Translations under genes and position numbers: made by a program
NCBI GenBank assembly: GCA_904063045.1
Contig: CAJFCJ010000019.1
Span: 730,691 to 794,690, forward strand
Direction: 5' to 3'
Length of the DNA stretch: 64,000 nucleotides
From: Dimorphilus gyrociliatus
Lineage: Eukaryota; Animalia; Annelida
Shown here: in pieces, positions 12,101 through 25,512 of the stretch
Layout: the number at the start of each line of letters is the position of its first letter
Numbering within the stretch: the stretch's first letter is position 1
The notes under the pieces: generated by a model
Database searches by the model: none
What the model was told of the DNA's origin: nothing
What the model saw: only the letters and a program-made list of their open reading frames with translations

Positions 12101-15100
12101 GTTCACCCTAAGATCTGTAAGTATAGAAAGATTATACTACGATTGTGCAAGGTTGTTATAAATGTTTATATTCTTATAGTCGGTCGATGAAAAGGAGCAC
12201 AAAAATTGGTATAAAGAAGTATATAAATCACTGCATAAAAAGGAGCCAAAGGAAGGTTAGTAATAACAATTTTATTCTTCTCAGACTCTCTGGTTAAATA
12301 GACGATTAACGCCATCTGTTCGAACTAAGCATTAAATTGTATTCTTCTATCAGTATACTTGTTCAAGCATAAACCTGACAGGTTTATGTATTCTATTTAT
12401 TTTATTATTATATTTTTTTACTTTTTTTACTGTTTTTTATTTGTTGACGTTAGTTCTTATAAATGAAACAGAACTAGGCAACACTGAAGAGACTGATGAA
12501 AAAGATGATTTTTTCAATAATGAAAGGGATAATAATAGTTTAAGCAACTCCTTTCCAAAAGATAATCATAGCGTTGACGACGATTCTGAAAGTGCTAAAG
12601 GTTCCTATAACATTTGTAATTTTACTGCCGAAAACGCACAAATATCAAGCACCAAAAAAAAAAAAAAGCAAACAAAACGATTTAATAGCGAAATCAATTT
12701 AAAAATAAACAAACTTGAAAAATGAGGCTTTTCTAATTATCAAATTGTGTTGATTAATTCGATTTTTGGTTTATGTATTTTGTTACAAAAAAAAAAAAAA
12801 GATCATTCCTCTTTCTACTCTAATTATCGCTTTTTTTTCTTTTTTTTGTCTTTATTTATTTTACTTCTCTTTTCTTTTTGCTTTTTAATTAGATAGAGAA
12901 TATTTTTGTTGTTTTTCTTTTATTAAATATAGGTTATGGGATAAGGGAATTGGAGAATCTTTTTAAATTACTAGTTTGACTTTAGTTTTTTGTATTTTAG
13001 ATAAGCTTTTATGTTTTTTTGATTAATAATGGTTTTTTTTTTAGTTTGTAAGGTGAAGGGAAACAGAAAAGATGTAGAGAGATAGATAGTTTTGATTAAT
13101 ATTATTGTTTTTATTGTTTATTTTATACATAACTTAATATCTTTCCTTATCCTTTTGTCATTTATGACTATTTTCTTTTTATTTGTTTTTTTTTGCATGG
13201 GAATTTGTTTTTTCTTTTCAGAATTGAACACCTATAAACCTACTTATAAATTCTCAGATTTTGACGAGTCAATTTCAGGTATAAGACAATCAATTCTCTC
13301 TCCCTCTCTCTCTCCTATCTTCATTATCGTTTTCACGACTTTTTAATGTAACAATGTAATTTATTGCACGTTTAAAATAGTTGTAATGGAAACTATCGTT
13401 TACACTCGATTTTTATATATAAAAATCGTAAAATCAATAATAAAGAGGAGGAAATAAGTTAAAAATGACCAGAATATTAAAGTTTAATATTGTAAATAGG
13501 ACAAATAAAGTATGGCTGTCGTCAATTCTATGTTTTCAACGTTATATTAATGAAAGAAAAGTAAAGAATAACGTCTCTTAACGTCGCTATTCAATATTAA
13601 TAATATTATTAATAATAATAATTAAAACAGAATCAAAGAACGACGATGTCTTCTCTTCATTTTCTACAGATAAAATGCTAAGGAAGAGTAAAACTCCTAA
13701 GTCAAAGTAAGTAGACTATTTATACTTTATATAAATATGTATAGTCTATTTTTATAAATTAAAAAATGTAAATGTAATCAGATATTGTTGATACTGTTTT
13801 TAAACTGCTATTATTGAACGTATTTTTAAGAATTCTTTCGAAAAACTTTAACACGTGCACACATGTGCAATAAACAAATAGATCAACCCTACCTACTTTT
13901 TTTTTTCATTCTAGAAATAAGCCATGTTATGTTTTATAACTTGCATTTTTGTAAATACTTTTTCAAGTGTTGAGTGAGGCTTATAATGTCTATTTTTAAT
14001 AATAATTCAACAAATTTCTAATACTAATCCTTTATTTAATCCTTAAGACCACGTCCCTAACGGTAATTTCTTTTCTACCCTATATATAATTAGTGGAATT
14101 GGGGCGAATCATTTTCTTCTTTAAGTATAGTTAAGCTATTTTTTTTCCTTCCCTTCTGATTCTTTACGATCGTTTTGGTCAGCTGGAATAATTTTTTTTT
14201 TTTTTTGCATTTTGTACCACCTAGCTTTTTTCCATGCGTCTATATCAATCACTGTTTTAGAATCTGGTAGTTTTATAGGTCGGAATTTGCGGTTGTTTTC
14301 ATGAAAGAAACTTTACATAGGCCTAATCGTCGAATATACAGTAGATACTTCCGCCGTATAGAATAGAATTCGTCAATTAAACATGACTTTTATCTAGTAA
14401 AGAGAGCTGTCAACAAACTTTTTTATGTTATTTATTAAGCTTAAATTCTTTTCTTTTCGTTTCAATATTTTTTTCTATCGTTTTATTCTTTTTTTTATCT
14501 TTTTCTATTGTGTTACCTAAAAGAAGATACGTGATAGCAAAACAAGTTAAGGTTATTGTATTGTATATCGCTCAAGTATTGTAATTATTCGGGAAAGACG
14601 ATGCTAGCTGTTTAAATTACATCAAACGTTCATATCTAGGCAATTGACTGGCTAAGCAAGTGTTTACTATATAAACATGCCGCAATACTTTTTTGTTGAA
14701 ACGTATTATTATTACTGCAGTATTCTAGTTTGCTAGGTCGTGATGTTTTTAGGGGCTAGTCCGCACTAAAGTCTGAGAAATTACTGTTCATTTTGACTTG
14801 CGGCTTTGCATCGCGCAGTTGCTGCAAATTTCGGCCTAATTTTGTTTTTTTCTGATCTTGATTTCACTTACTTTTGGATAAATTTATGTATAAAGGCAGA
14901 CTTTTAGTGAGCAATATTATCTCTAGCTTATTATAAACCGACCACCCAGCTATCAGCATACGCGGATTATGGCGCACAAAACTACGAAAACTTTCTCATT
15001 CTATGCTTAACAGAAGCCTCATATATACGACGGATTAACTCTTTTTCTCTCAGGGATATTTAATGAATAGTTGTAGTTGTAATAATAAATAAAAGGCGAC

Positions 15101-18100
15101 TTAACAAAAAAGAAAAAAAAAAAATCATGTTATTGATAAACAAGAAAGATCTAGTCGAGCAGTTTATTCCAGTTGTAAAATCGCTCAAGGATTTTCAATT
15201 TAGAAGACGTTCGCATTCTCATGAACACGAACGCAAGCAGACTTATAAAGGATATACGAAAAATTTTGATTCATCCTGTTCTCTCTTGAACGACGTCGAT
15301 GATTTCTATACTTCACGAGCCAATTTAACACTTCGTCAAACACAAGAAAATAGGTATAAAAAAAACCAATTAACATATTAATCCGGAACTGCTATGTTAA
15401 TTGATCAATTTATTCCGATTACCTATTATAAATATATTTGTATATTCTTCTAAATAATCCCATTGATACCAGCTTAACTATTGAGCGTTAGATGGCGCTA
15501 ACAGGATAGTCAAACAAGTGAAAATATATTTCAATTATCTTATTAACTAGCTGAAAATATTTCATTTTCTTTTATTTATTTATTTGTTCATTTCCGGTTT
15601 AGAAGGCCTACAAAAACATATATATATAAAATATATCATCAACATTTATATTTATGGTTGTTAGAGTCAAACGAAAACAATAAGAAACAAACAAATAAAC
15701 AAACATACTGTAAACTAATTTTGAAAGAATTCTTGTTACGTTTGTCTTCTATTTTAGTGTATTTATCTATCATTCCCTACTCTAAACTAGAGAGGGTATG
15801 TATTTCGTTTGTAAATGATTATATTTTTAATAGTTCATGGAAACCTGCTGACGTAACTGCTAAGAAAGAAGTTTATACAAATTCACCAAGGAGTATTTAT
15901 GAATACGAACCTGGTAAATCGTCTATAGCTGACAAAGAACCTTCAATAACCGTAAGTTAAACATTTAAAAAATTATTTATTACAATTATAGTAATGAAAA
16001 AGATAGATAGTTTTTAATCTATAGTTTATAGAAAAGCTACGAAAAATTGATTGCTAGCCTTAATAAGTGGCTATATTATATTTATTATAATTAACAAATG
16101 ATATTTATGAATAATGATCTGCATTATTTATGATTTATTAGCGGAGCAAACTATCTACTGCCCCTGCTCCTCTCATTATTAAGAAAAAGGTGAAATAAAA
16201 AAGAAAAGCATTTACCTATATTAACACGAAATCTTTCTTTTTTTTTTTCTTTTGACTTATTTTTGTTTTTTTTTTAAAAAAAAAAAGAAAACAAATCTTT
16301 CCTTATCGCAAAGAACAATGAAACACACTAATATATAATATGTTTCCTATTTATATGTGCGTAAGCGTCTCTTCTTTTTTACTAACATAGACATATTTGT
16401 TATTTTCCTTTTTAAAAAAATGCTACCTAAATTAGACGAGCGACGATGAGGTAATGATAAATTAAATTGTCATTATTGTTAGCCTATGGTATTTTAATTT
16501 TCAATTATTAAGGTGTTATTCTCGTTTATCGTTCTGAATTCAATTTTCTCTCTCTTTTTTCTCCTTAAATTTTCCTTTTAAATGCCTGATCTTTGTTGTT
16601 GTTGTTGTTTTCTAAATCTTTGATGTATAGTCAATAAGAAATTCTTTTCTTCTCTTCCTATAGAGTAAATTATATAATCCTCCTTTGGAGAAGATATCCG
16701 ATAAAGTGCAATAGTAAGTTATCTATTTATTTATCGTTAATAGATAGATCTTATTTAATAAATACAATAAAAAACAATAGTAAAGACAACAAGAGTGAAA
16801 CTCGAATACGAAAATCGAACCGTAGTCCGTCCCCGGTTGATCTGATGGAAGCTAAGCAACTATATAGACAAATACAACAAGGAGGAGATATACCAATGAA
16901 TGGTCTACGTTTCCCCGCTCCTGATAGAAAAAAAGCAACTGGTAAGTTGAAATTATAAGACGAATAATTATTTAAGAACTAGATTAATTTAGTAACAAAC
17001 TTAGACTATACAGTATGTATATCAATCTATAATATATACATATTTATTGTATAGTACTGTATCATTTACTAATGCTATATAAACATATATATTGTATATA
17101 TATACAGTAAATATATATGTATCTATATATATATATATATATATCTACTGCATATATGTATGTTATATAATCAAGTTTATACAAGTACTTAAGTCATTTT
17201 TGTACGTTTAGCAATTAGTTTTAGAAGTACACAAAGTGTACGACGTAGTTGATATTTTAGTCAATGTTGTCTGCATGACGCACGTTCGTCTAGAAAAGCC
17301 ACCGTCTAGACCTCCGCCGCCAACTGTCAGCTATGAGTCTGTTAAACATGTCGACCTTCGACGCTCTCGATCTTTGCCGTCTCGAAGATCGGCGGCTGAA
17401 CGTCTTGGCGTTAAGCCGAAAATGCCTGCGTCTCATCGTGTTTTGCGTACAAAGAGCTCCGACTCCTATGATTCAACAGACGAGCATGAATTTTCGTCAG
17501 GTAGAATTCTTAGTGAAATATTGATTTCCTGATAAATGAGTGCTACTTTTGGTTTTCTTTCTCTTTATTTTTTTTCCTAGTTTGTTTTCCTCTTGACGTA
17601 TTTGAAGTTTACATAGATCTCGCTTTGAATTAGTTTAGAAACAGCACAACAATAAAAGTAATAATAAAGAAAAACAATTCGACAAACTAACAGCGTTTGT
17701 GTTTTGCGTGTCGCGCATCTTCTACTAATTGAACAATAGAGTTTTGTTTACTGCTTATGAACGATAATTTTGTTACAATAATATCTATTTATATAGTTGA
17801 GACAAGGCAGCACTTACGATCTGAGTTACGCGTTGACGCCGGTTATAATAGAAATGGAGTACCATCCTTATCGAGGCAAGAGAGGGATGAAGAGAATGCA
17901 AGGAGAAAAGAACGAGTTGTAAGGATTAAAATTGAAAGTTATTTACATAAAAGAATAAGATTAAATGAATTATATTCATTGAATAGGAAAAAATTATGGT
18001 GGAAGAAAGACGGAAGCGAATGATTAAAGAGCAGTTGGAAAGAGAGGATAGGAGACATTCGGATAATTACACGTAAGTCTAAACTACTAGATCAGTTAAG

Positions 18101-19720
18101 AATTAGATAATTTGGTTTCATTTTTTGGGTCTATTATAATTGTCTTCCTTAGTAGGATAAAGATAATTTTAATCATTTAATTCTAAAAAAGAAAGAAAGA
18201 AAAGAAAAAAATTTATCTATTTTAATCTCTTCTTCTTTATCTTTTACGTTTGTTATACTTTTTGTGTCAATAATATTTTTTTAGCAAACCCAACTACTGG
18301 TTAAATTTGGGTGGATTAGCTGACGACGATTTGGAGGATGAGAATAATAATTTCTTCTCAAAACCTTTATACGTAGCAAGAGATTTAAACGATGTAAAAA
18401 AGAAAGAGTGTTCAAATAGGTAGAAAATATACAGATATAATAATAATAATAATAAAAAACATTAAAATAATGTAGCCTATTTTCTATTGATTTTTCTCTA
18501 TCTATCTATTTCTTTTCTATTGTCTTTAATCATTTTATTCTTTCGATCATTCTGATCTAATATACCTTTATAAAAGACCCTACGAAAGTGGGATATATCC
18601 TGCCTAAGATTCAATGCTTAATTAATATAAATGCTTTTAATCGTTGTTTCTTTGCTTAATTTATATTTATTCTAATTTTTTTCATCTTATTTATATTCTA
18701 AAATAGGTCAAAAGAGAAATCTCCAATTCATTTGGATAGATATAACGATCAAAGGCGTCTATCGGATGGTCTCGAAAGACCGAGCAAATGTTCACAATAC
18801 AAAATAAGGGGAAAAGCAAAGGCTAAATATAATTTTACTGCTCAAAATCAGAAGGAATTATCATTTAGGAAGGGTGATACCATTTATATATTAAGGGAGA
18901 TTGATCACAATTGGACTGAAGGAGAAAGACATGGTCGCGTTGGAATTTTTCCAACAAATTATATTGAAATTCTTACCAGTTTAAATGATGCTACGACAAG
19001 AGTTTTGAACGCCGAAGGAGAAGCGGAAGTTATCTATAATTTTAGACCTCAAACGTTTGTAGAATTGCCTTTACGCAAAGGCGATATAGTCAAGTTAATT
19101 AGGAGAGTCGACGAAAATTGGTGGGAAGGTCGTCTGGGAAAGAGTCAGGGAATCTTTCCCTGCAGCTACGTAAAAGTTATTTTTGAACCTTCCACCCCCC
19201 TTGCGACTCCCACAGCTAGCCAGGCGCCAACCCCTGTTCCAGGGTCGAGGCCCTTTTCGCCAACTAGTTCGGTTCCTACTATTCCAACTGCTCCTCAGAG
19301 TCCTAATCCATTGGATCACATAGATTTCGATTATTGCTACGAAAAGAACCTATCCTACGCCGATTTCATGACCGAAGCAACGGCTAAGAAAGCCTTTTCG
19401 GAAGCGCCATCTAGTAGTAACCGCTACAACTCTTTAGACTATGATAAGCGAACTTGCGATGCCAAGAGTGATGTGTACGTAAATCTAATTAGAGCTGTAA
19501 TTAATTTAATTATTACCTATATTTTTTTCATGCAATTTTCAACAGATATCGAGCAATGTATACTTATATTCCTAGAAATGATGACGAATTGGAATTACGA
19601 GAAGGTGACATAATTAAGATGACTGAAATATGCAACGACGGTTGGATGGTTGGTTACTGCCAACGAACAAATCAATTCGGAACATTTCCCGGAAACTATG
19701 TTCATCCAGTTCATATTTAA
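6124..19720 (+). CDS. SORBS: Sorbin and SH3 domain-containing adaptor (CAP/ponsin/ArgBP2/vinexin family), multi-exon
   Basis: Phase-consistent exons: 6124-6217, 7596-7667, 7897-9789, 10041-10082, 10578-10753, 10853-10991, 11216-11266, 11761-12116, 12180-12255, 12472-12600, 13222-13278, 13631-13706, 15834-15951, 16142-16189, 16436-16450, 16664-16713, 16781-16941, 17294-17500, 17797-17918, 17987-18072, 18285-18419, 18707-19474, 19546-19720. SoHo domain [33 protein letters not shown]; SORBS motifs [14 protein letters not shown] and [16 protein letters not shown]; three C-terminal SH3 domains ([59 protein letters not shown]). The start codon and several small exons are less certain. Confidence 0.9.
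15127..15353 (+). CDS. Candidate alternative first coding exon of a short SORBS isoform
   Basis: An ATG-initiated open frame inside the largest internal SORBS intron. It ends at AG|GTATAA in phase 2, matching the phase-2 acceptor at 15834. Confidence 0.5.
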
Positions 19721-20850
19721 ATGCAAACAAAAAAAAAATAATTGTCGAGTGCAAGACTATTTTGCTTTAGTGTTGATTACGATTTTAGGTGCTATGCAAA
19801 CATGAAAAAAATTTGTTTTCTTTTCTTTTTCTTGTAAATTCTATTCCTCCGACTCTGGTACCCTCCAGCATCTCCCTCCCACGCGCGCCTTATATAGGCC
19901 ACAATTATGACTCTACAATCATATATGGTCCTGAGACTATATATATATTGTTTTTGTTTTTATCCTACCGTTCATTTTTCTATTCGTTTTTAATTCTATT
20001 TGTATTGTTTCTGTTTGACCCTTCAAACAAATTTGACCTTTTATCCTCTTTTTCCTGTCATTTTTTTCCCTCCCACCTCAAAAAACGAGCAGAAGGCTTT
20101 AGTTGAAAGAAAAAAGTAAGAAGGGGAATAGAATTTTAACTATTATTTTATGATCTGTTGTTTTATTTATTCTCTTTTTCTATTTCTATATTTATCTATC
20201 TATCTATCTAACTTAACTATCTTTCTCTCTTTTTCTCTCTTTCTCTTTTTGTTTTGTTGTTTTCTTTTTTGTTAAAAAGAAAAACAAACAAAAAATAGGA
20301 TTTTATCGATATTTGGTATGCATGTTGAAAAGAGAAAAGGAAAAAAAAAGTAAAATTATTATGATAATGACAACGATGACAAACAATGACTATGACGATG
20401 ACGATAATGATAATGATGATGATGAAAAAAAAAATCTAACTTCTTTTTTTAAAGTGACTTTGAAACAAATTGAAAAAAAAGAACACTTTTTTTTATTATC
20501 TCATACAAAAAATCGTATTTGTGTTATTTTTTTTATTCATATCGTCTATATATTATCTTTTGTCTTTTTTCTTTTTAAAAAAAATGCCTTATTTTGCTTA
20601 TAAAATTTCTTTTGACTTTTTTTTTTTGTTTTTCGACGAAAAAAATTTTAATATTATCAGAAATAATTTAGAAACGAAAAATAAAGAAAAAAAGCGTCTA
20701 AATAATAAAATTTAACGCTTTTTTTTTCGATAAACAATTTAAGCAAAATATAATGCAAAAAAAAATTAATAAAAAGAAAAAAGAAAAGAGATATGTTAAT
20801 AGAAAATTGAAATAAAAGATAAAAGTGACAAAGTAGTAATAATAGATAAA

Positions 20851-20854
<4 letters not shown>

Positions 20855-20896
<42 letters not shown>
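20855..20896. repeat. (TA)n microsatellite between the convergent SORBS and synaptopodin-like 3' ends
   Basis: Direct read of the TA run. Confidence 0.9.
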
Positions 20897-20899
<3 letters not shown>

Positions 20900-21022
20900 G
20901 GCCTATTGTCCTATTAAAATGAGAATGAGAGAAAGAGAAAAGTTTATAGGAGAAATTGATATAACCTAGTCACGATTAGTTTTACTCTTTTTCTCGTTAT
21001 ATTTCCTTCTATTTCTTTCCAA

Positions 21023-21026
<4 letters not shown>

Positions 21027-21054
<28 letters not shown>
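21027..21054. repeat. (CT)n microsatellite
   Basis: Direct read. Confidence 0.85.
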
Positions 21055-21064
<10 letters not shown>

Positions 21065-21353
21065 ATCTACCTGTCTTTTCATAATTGTTAACTCAATGAA
21101 TAAAGAATATTCATTTATTTTTTTTGTACCTTATTCCTTAATGTCATTTATTCAAGCAAACGAAAATCAAGGGTCTGAAAAAATACAGGCTGCAGGATGC
21201 TAAACTGAAACCATTCAACGAAGACAAAGACAACGTACAATTTAAATAAAATGTTTATATACTTTAAAATATGTATATATATATAAACCTATTTACGCTT
21301 GTATATTGTATATAACAACTATATATGCGCATTAATATAACGTATGTATATCT

Positions 21354-24245
21354 TCACAAATCGCAAACACCACCATCTTCCATACGAGTCTCAGATGTTT
21401 GTTCTCCATCATTAAACGCAAATTTCACGGGTTTAAATCCTTTTGGTGCACTGTTGTTTACAACAGGATAGCTGAATGGCCTCGAATCTGGAATTTTAGA
21501 TTTGTAAATTTTTGTGAATAGGCCTACAGTTGATATTTTATCCGTACGTACTAGATGGTGTAGGTTGGCTGTTGGTTTGCCGTAATTTAGGTTGAGGAGA
21601 GTCGGAAGTAGGTGGTGGTTGTGTTACATCGACTTTGGCTGGAGTAAAGCTTTTTTCATTGGGTGAGGGAACTTTCCACCCATATAAATGTTCAAATGCA
21701 GGTTCTATATTATAAGGATCGGAGGCGGCTGCTTCCCATGGAGTCATTTTTGGCTTACGGCTAATCATCGTATCCAATCTAATAGTAATAGTCAGATAAT
21801 AAAGAAAACGGTAACATGTGAATAAGTAATGATTATAGAAAAGTAACAAACTTATTAGGTGGAGGTCCTGAATCGACCCTCTTAGTTTCTTCAACTTCTT
21901 GATTGAAGTTCGTTGACGCTAAAATTTTAGCCATATAATTCTTATTTGGACTAGTTGCAGGTAGGGCAACGTTCGACTCATCTACGATATATTTATCGGC
22001 TCTAGCTTTTCGTTTAGCGAATATCTGCCCTCCTTTTCCTTTACTACTCTTCAGAGCCGCAGCCAAACTATAATTTAGTAGGTTATAGAAATAAACTGCA
22101 TTCTATTACATACTCAAAGTGTTAAGCTTACTTAAAACACATTTGCGGATTAATGCTGTCGTGGGTATTTTTTTGTTCTAGCAATCTCATTCTTTCGAAT
22201 TCTTCAGCACTTAGAGCGCTTTCCTTCTCCTTCCCTTTACCAACAGGTAGAACAGGTGCTCGCCAGGCATTTGCAGGTAGGGGCGGAGCAACTGGAATTT
22301 CACCGAAGTTCAATGGTGTTTCATCAGAACTTCTCTCAATGTTCGACCAGGTTTTTTCCCAAGGCTGTTGCATAAAATGATGGGAATCGCTATCAAACTC
22401 TTTCTTCTCGTGGAGTTCTCCTCCAGAATAAGTCCACTTTTCTGATCTTTGTTGTCGTTTAACAAACATTCGATGACCTCTAGCCTTGTTATTAATCGGA
22501 GCGGTTAGTGACATCGCGACCCTTCTAGCCATTTTGATTTGCTCTTCTATAGTAGGGTATTTATGCTGATCGTCATCGTAAAAAGCAGAATCAGCAAATA
22601 TCTCTGTTAAAAGGGTATCAAGTTTATAGACGAAAATAACGAGCGTATCTCTCTATCACATTTCACGAAAGCGCTGTTTACTTACTCTTCCTTCTCATAG
22701 CCGATTCGGGAGAAGATCGACCATCATCTGAAGTACTTTCTCGGTTCGTCAGCTTGCCTATAAGGTTGTCGGAAGGATCGGCCTCGTAAGAGAAATCAAA
22801 ATTATCCGAACTATAGAAAGAATCACAATGATCAGAAGTTGGCTCTTCCTGGTAGGAAAATTGAGAAGTCTGAGAAAATGAATTAGAGGGATGAGGAACA
22901 GTTTGCGACAGATGTTGCTGCTGCGGCTGCTGTTGTTGTTGTTGTTGCTGTGTTATTTGGAAGGTAGCCGGTTTCCAAACTGCCTCATCGACTTTTCCTA
23001 TTTGTTTCACTCGAAATATCGGTTGCGGTGGTGTGTTCTCCTTCTCGTATTGCATTCCCACTGACATTGTAATTGATTCGTCCGCATTTCGAGTTATCGA
23101 TACGTTCTCCTGCGCAGTAACTTTGAACGATGTCTGTTGTTCTCTAGGCTTCCAAATATCACTTTCATGGTGAACATTTTCAGTAGATGAGAGTGGTATT
23201 TTCTCTAACGACTATAGAATTTCAAAAAATAAATACATTATAAAATACTATAAACGTAAAAAATAAACGTGAAAAAATTTATCAATTAGGATTTTATATA
23301 GTCTATTTATAGTGTTTTTTTTTGTATTCTAACTAGAATATAAATGTTTAAATAATAAAAAAAAGAGAGAAACAGTGAGGGGGAGAAAAAAAGAGAGACA
23401 AAGTAAAAAAACGGGAGGGATAACCTCATTATTAACATTTTGCTGATTAGATAAGGCTCTAAAAGCGTTCGAAATGTCTTGTTTATTCGTCGTACCTCTG
23501 CAGATAGAAATAATAAACATATCTTAACTGTAAAGGAAACCAGTTTCCTTGTTGTTTTTTTTTATTGTATATGTATACAGTCCTACTAACCTTAAAACTT
23601 GAAGACAAAGGCCACCTTGAGCTTCATCTAAAATTTCCATTGCTCTCTTATGATCGAGATGTTCACAGGAATGAGAATTTATTGAAATAAGTACGTCGTT
23701 CTCTTTTAAACCAGCTTCAGCTGCGGGACTTCTATTTCTAACCTAGAAATAAATAATTAATTAAAGTAAAGTAAGAGGAATCCAGGCATTTCTTTCTAAA
23801 TAAAGAAATAAGTAGATGAAGGACGACGAATCGTTGAAGAGTTGATAATAAAGTTGAAACAATTTCATACGTTTAATTAAGTATAAAATGTTAACATCAA
23901 TCTCTTTCCAGTTGAAAAATGATACTATCTCATTCTCATTAACTAGTGTTCGTTATTATATTCCTCTTCTATGTCAGGATGATCATTTTCTTTGTTACTA
24001 ACTCAAGTTTTTTTATAAAAAAAAAGAATGCAAAGCAACTACAAAGCTTTTGAGTAAGTTTTGTAGAGCAAACTGTTAAAGAAAATAGAAGTTCTATATA
24101 TTCTATAGGCCTGTATGATTTTGGGTGGAAAAAAGTCACATATATTTTTTATTACCTTAGCCACAATTAAAGGTTGTCCGTCTCCTCCAAAGATGCGAAA
24201 TCCCCACGGACCTGGAGCTTGAACGTGTATTTCGTGCGTATCCAT
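21354..24245 (-). CDS. PDZ-domain synaptopodin/myopodin-like protein with calsarcin-type motifs
   Basis: Exons (minus): 24245-24156, 23742-23591, 23497-23425, 23211-22686, 22603-22132, 22067-21852, 21778-21552, 21487-21354, all phase-consistent. N-terminal PDZ (GPWGFRIFGG...VAKVRNRSPAAEAGLKENDVLISIN), a polyQ tract, two motifs of the type RGHRMFVKRQQRSEKW / KGGQIFAKRKARADKY, and TPWEAAA typical of synaptopodins. Confidence 0.75.
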
Positions 24246-25512
24246 CGAATTTTTGCAGGGAGCTAAACAGCATTTGCTCAAAGCAAAACTGCATGCACTA
24301 TAAATATAACTGCGAGCGGTCGGCATACCGCATAGGCCTACCTACGTGTTCTGCTCGCTCCCAGGCAAGCACTGCAAAATGGTGTTTTTAAAAATAAATT
24401 GTTTTCAATATTTTCTATTACAATCTTTCAAAGTTTATCAAAATTTATAATTATATATTATATTTATTTATTTATACATAAATAATACAATTCATTAATT
24501 AGTTGATTTAATAATATATTTTTTATAATACTTTTTATTACCAGTTTTTAATCTATTTTATATATAAATAAATGTATATAAAACTTACTTAAATATTTTT
24601 TTTATATTATACATATGTATAGCTTGGTACATACCTTATTAACTATTTATTAACTTACTTAAGATTCCTTGAAATAGTATTTAATAGTAATTTATCCTCA
24701 ATACTTCTTGTCGTCATAGTAGAAAATCCAACTTCCATTTTTTCTCGATTAAATCATTCTTTTAGATAAAAACTGTTTAATAGGCCTTACCGACTAGTTG
24801 TTACCTCCCTACCTAGCCCCCCTCTCTCTATTTTTCTCTACACCCAATTTATATACAACTATTTCCAACTACGCATTTTAGAAAAATGTAGTATAAATAT
24901 ATAAATTCTCTTATAATGGTTTATTTTCGCAAAAAACTTATCTTTAAACTATGATAAAAAATAGTGTTTGTTATGATAAATATATACAACTATTCAACAA
25001 AGGGTAATTTGTTTAGAATTATTATATAATTTATTAATAAACATCAAAAGAATATTCGCAGAAAAGAACAAAAATATTCGCCTAGTGCTGCCATCTTGAA
25101 GAAGCTAAAGTGTTCTTATCTATCCTATAACATTCGTTTTGTTATATAACTTGATAAATATATATTTATATCCTTTTTTAACGAAAAACAACAAGAAGAA
25201 AAAGTATTATATTGCGCAATTAACGTTAATTTATTTGTAAAAGTAATATTATATGGTACTTGCAAACAAAATTGTAATTTTTACCGCGAAATGTTACTTC
25301 ATTTGTTTTTGTTCTTTTTTATTTATTATCGCCCTTCTTCTTTACAACTTTTCTTATCAGCTGTTTAATTCTCTCCAATAAGTTTTTTTCAATTTTCTAC
25401 TCGTATAATAAAATAACTAACTGACATAATTTTTATTTAAAAAATTTCCAATATTCATTACTCAACTTTCTGTTTTATTCACCAAAGAGGATAAAAACTG
25501 CAAAATGATGAT

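Noticed and set aside
19789-20715. ORFs in the SORBS 3' region, including a poly-Asp/Asn stretch
   Set aside because: They derive from 3'UTR simple repeats (GAT/AAT, poly-T/A).
21488-21551. Alternative 28-nt intron (acceptor at 21524) in the synaptopodin-like gene
   Set aside because: Far shorter than any other intron here. An in-phase acceptor at 21488 gives a typical 64-nt intron.
22913-22950. CAG/CAA repeat
   Set aside because: An ordinary short coding polyQ tract within the synaptopodin-like exon, not a separate element.
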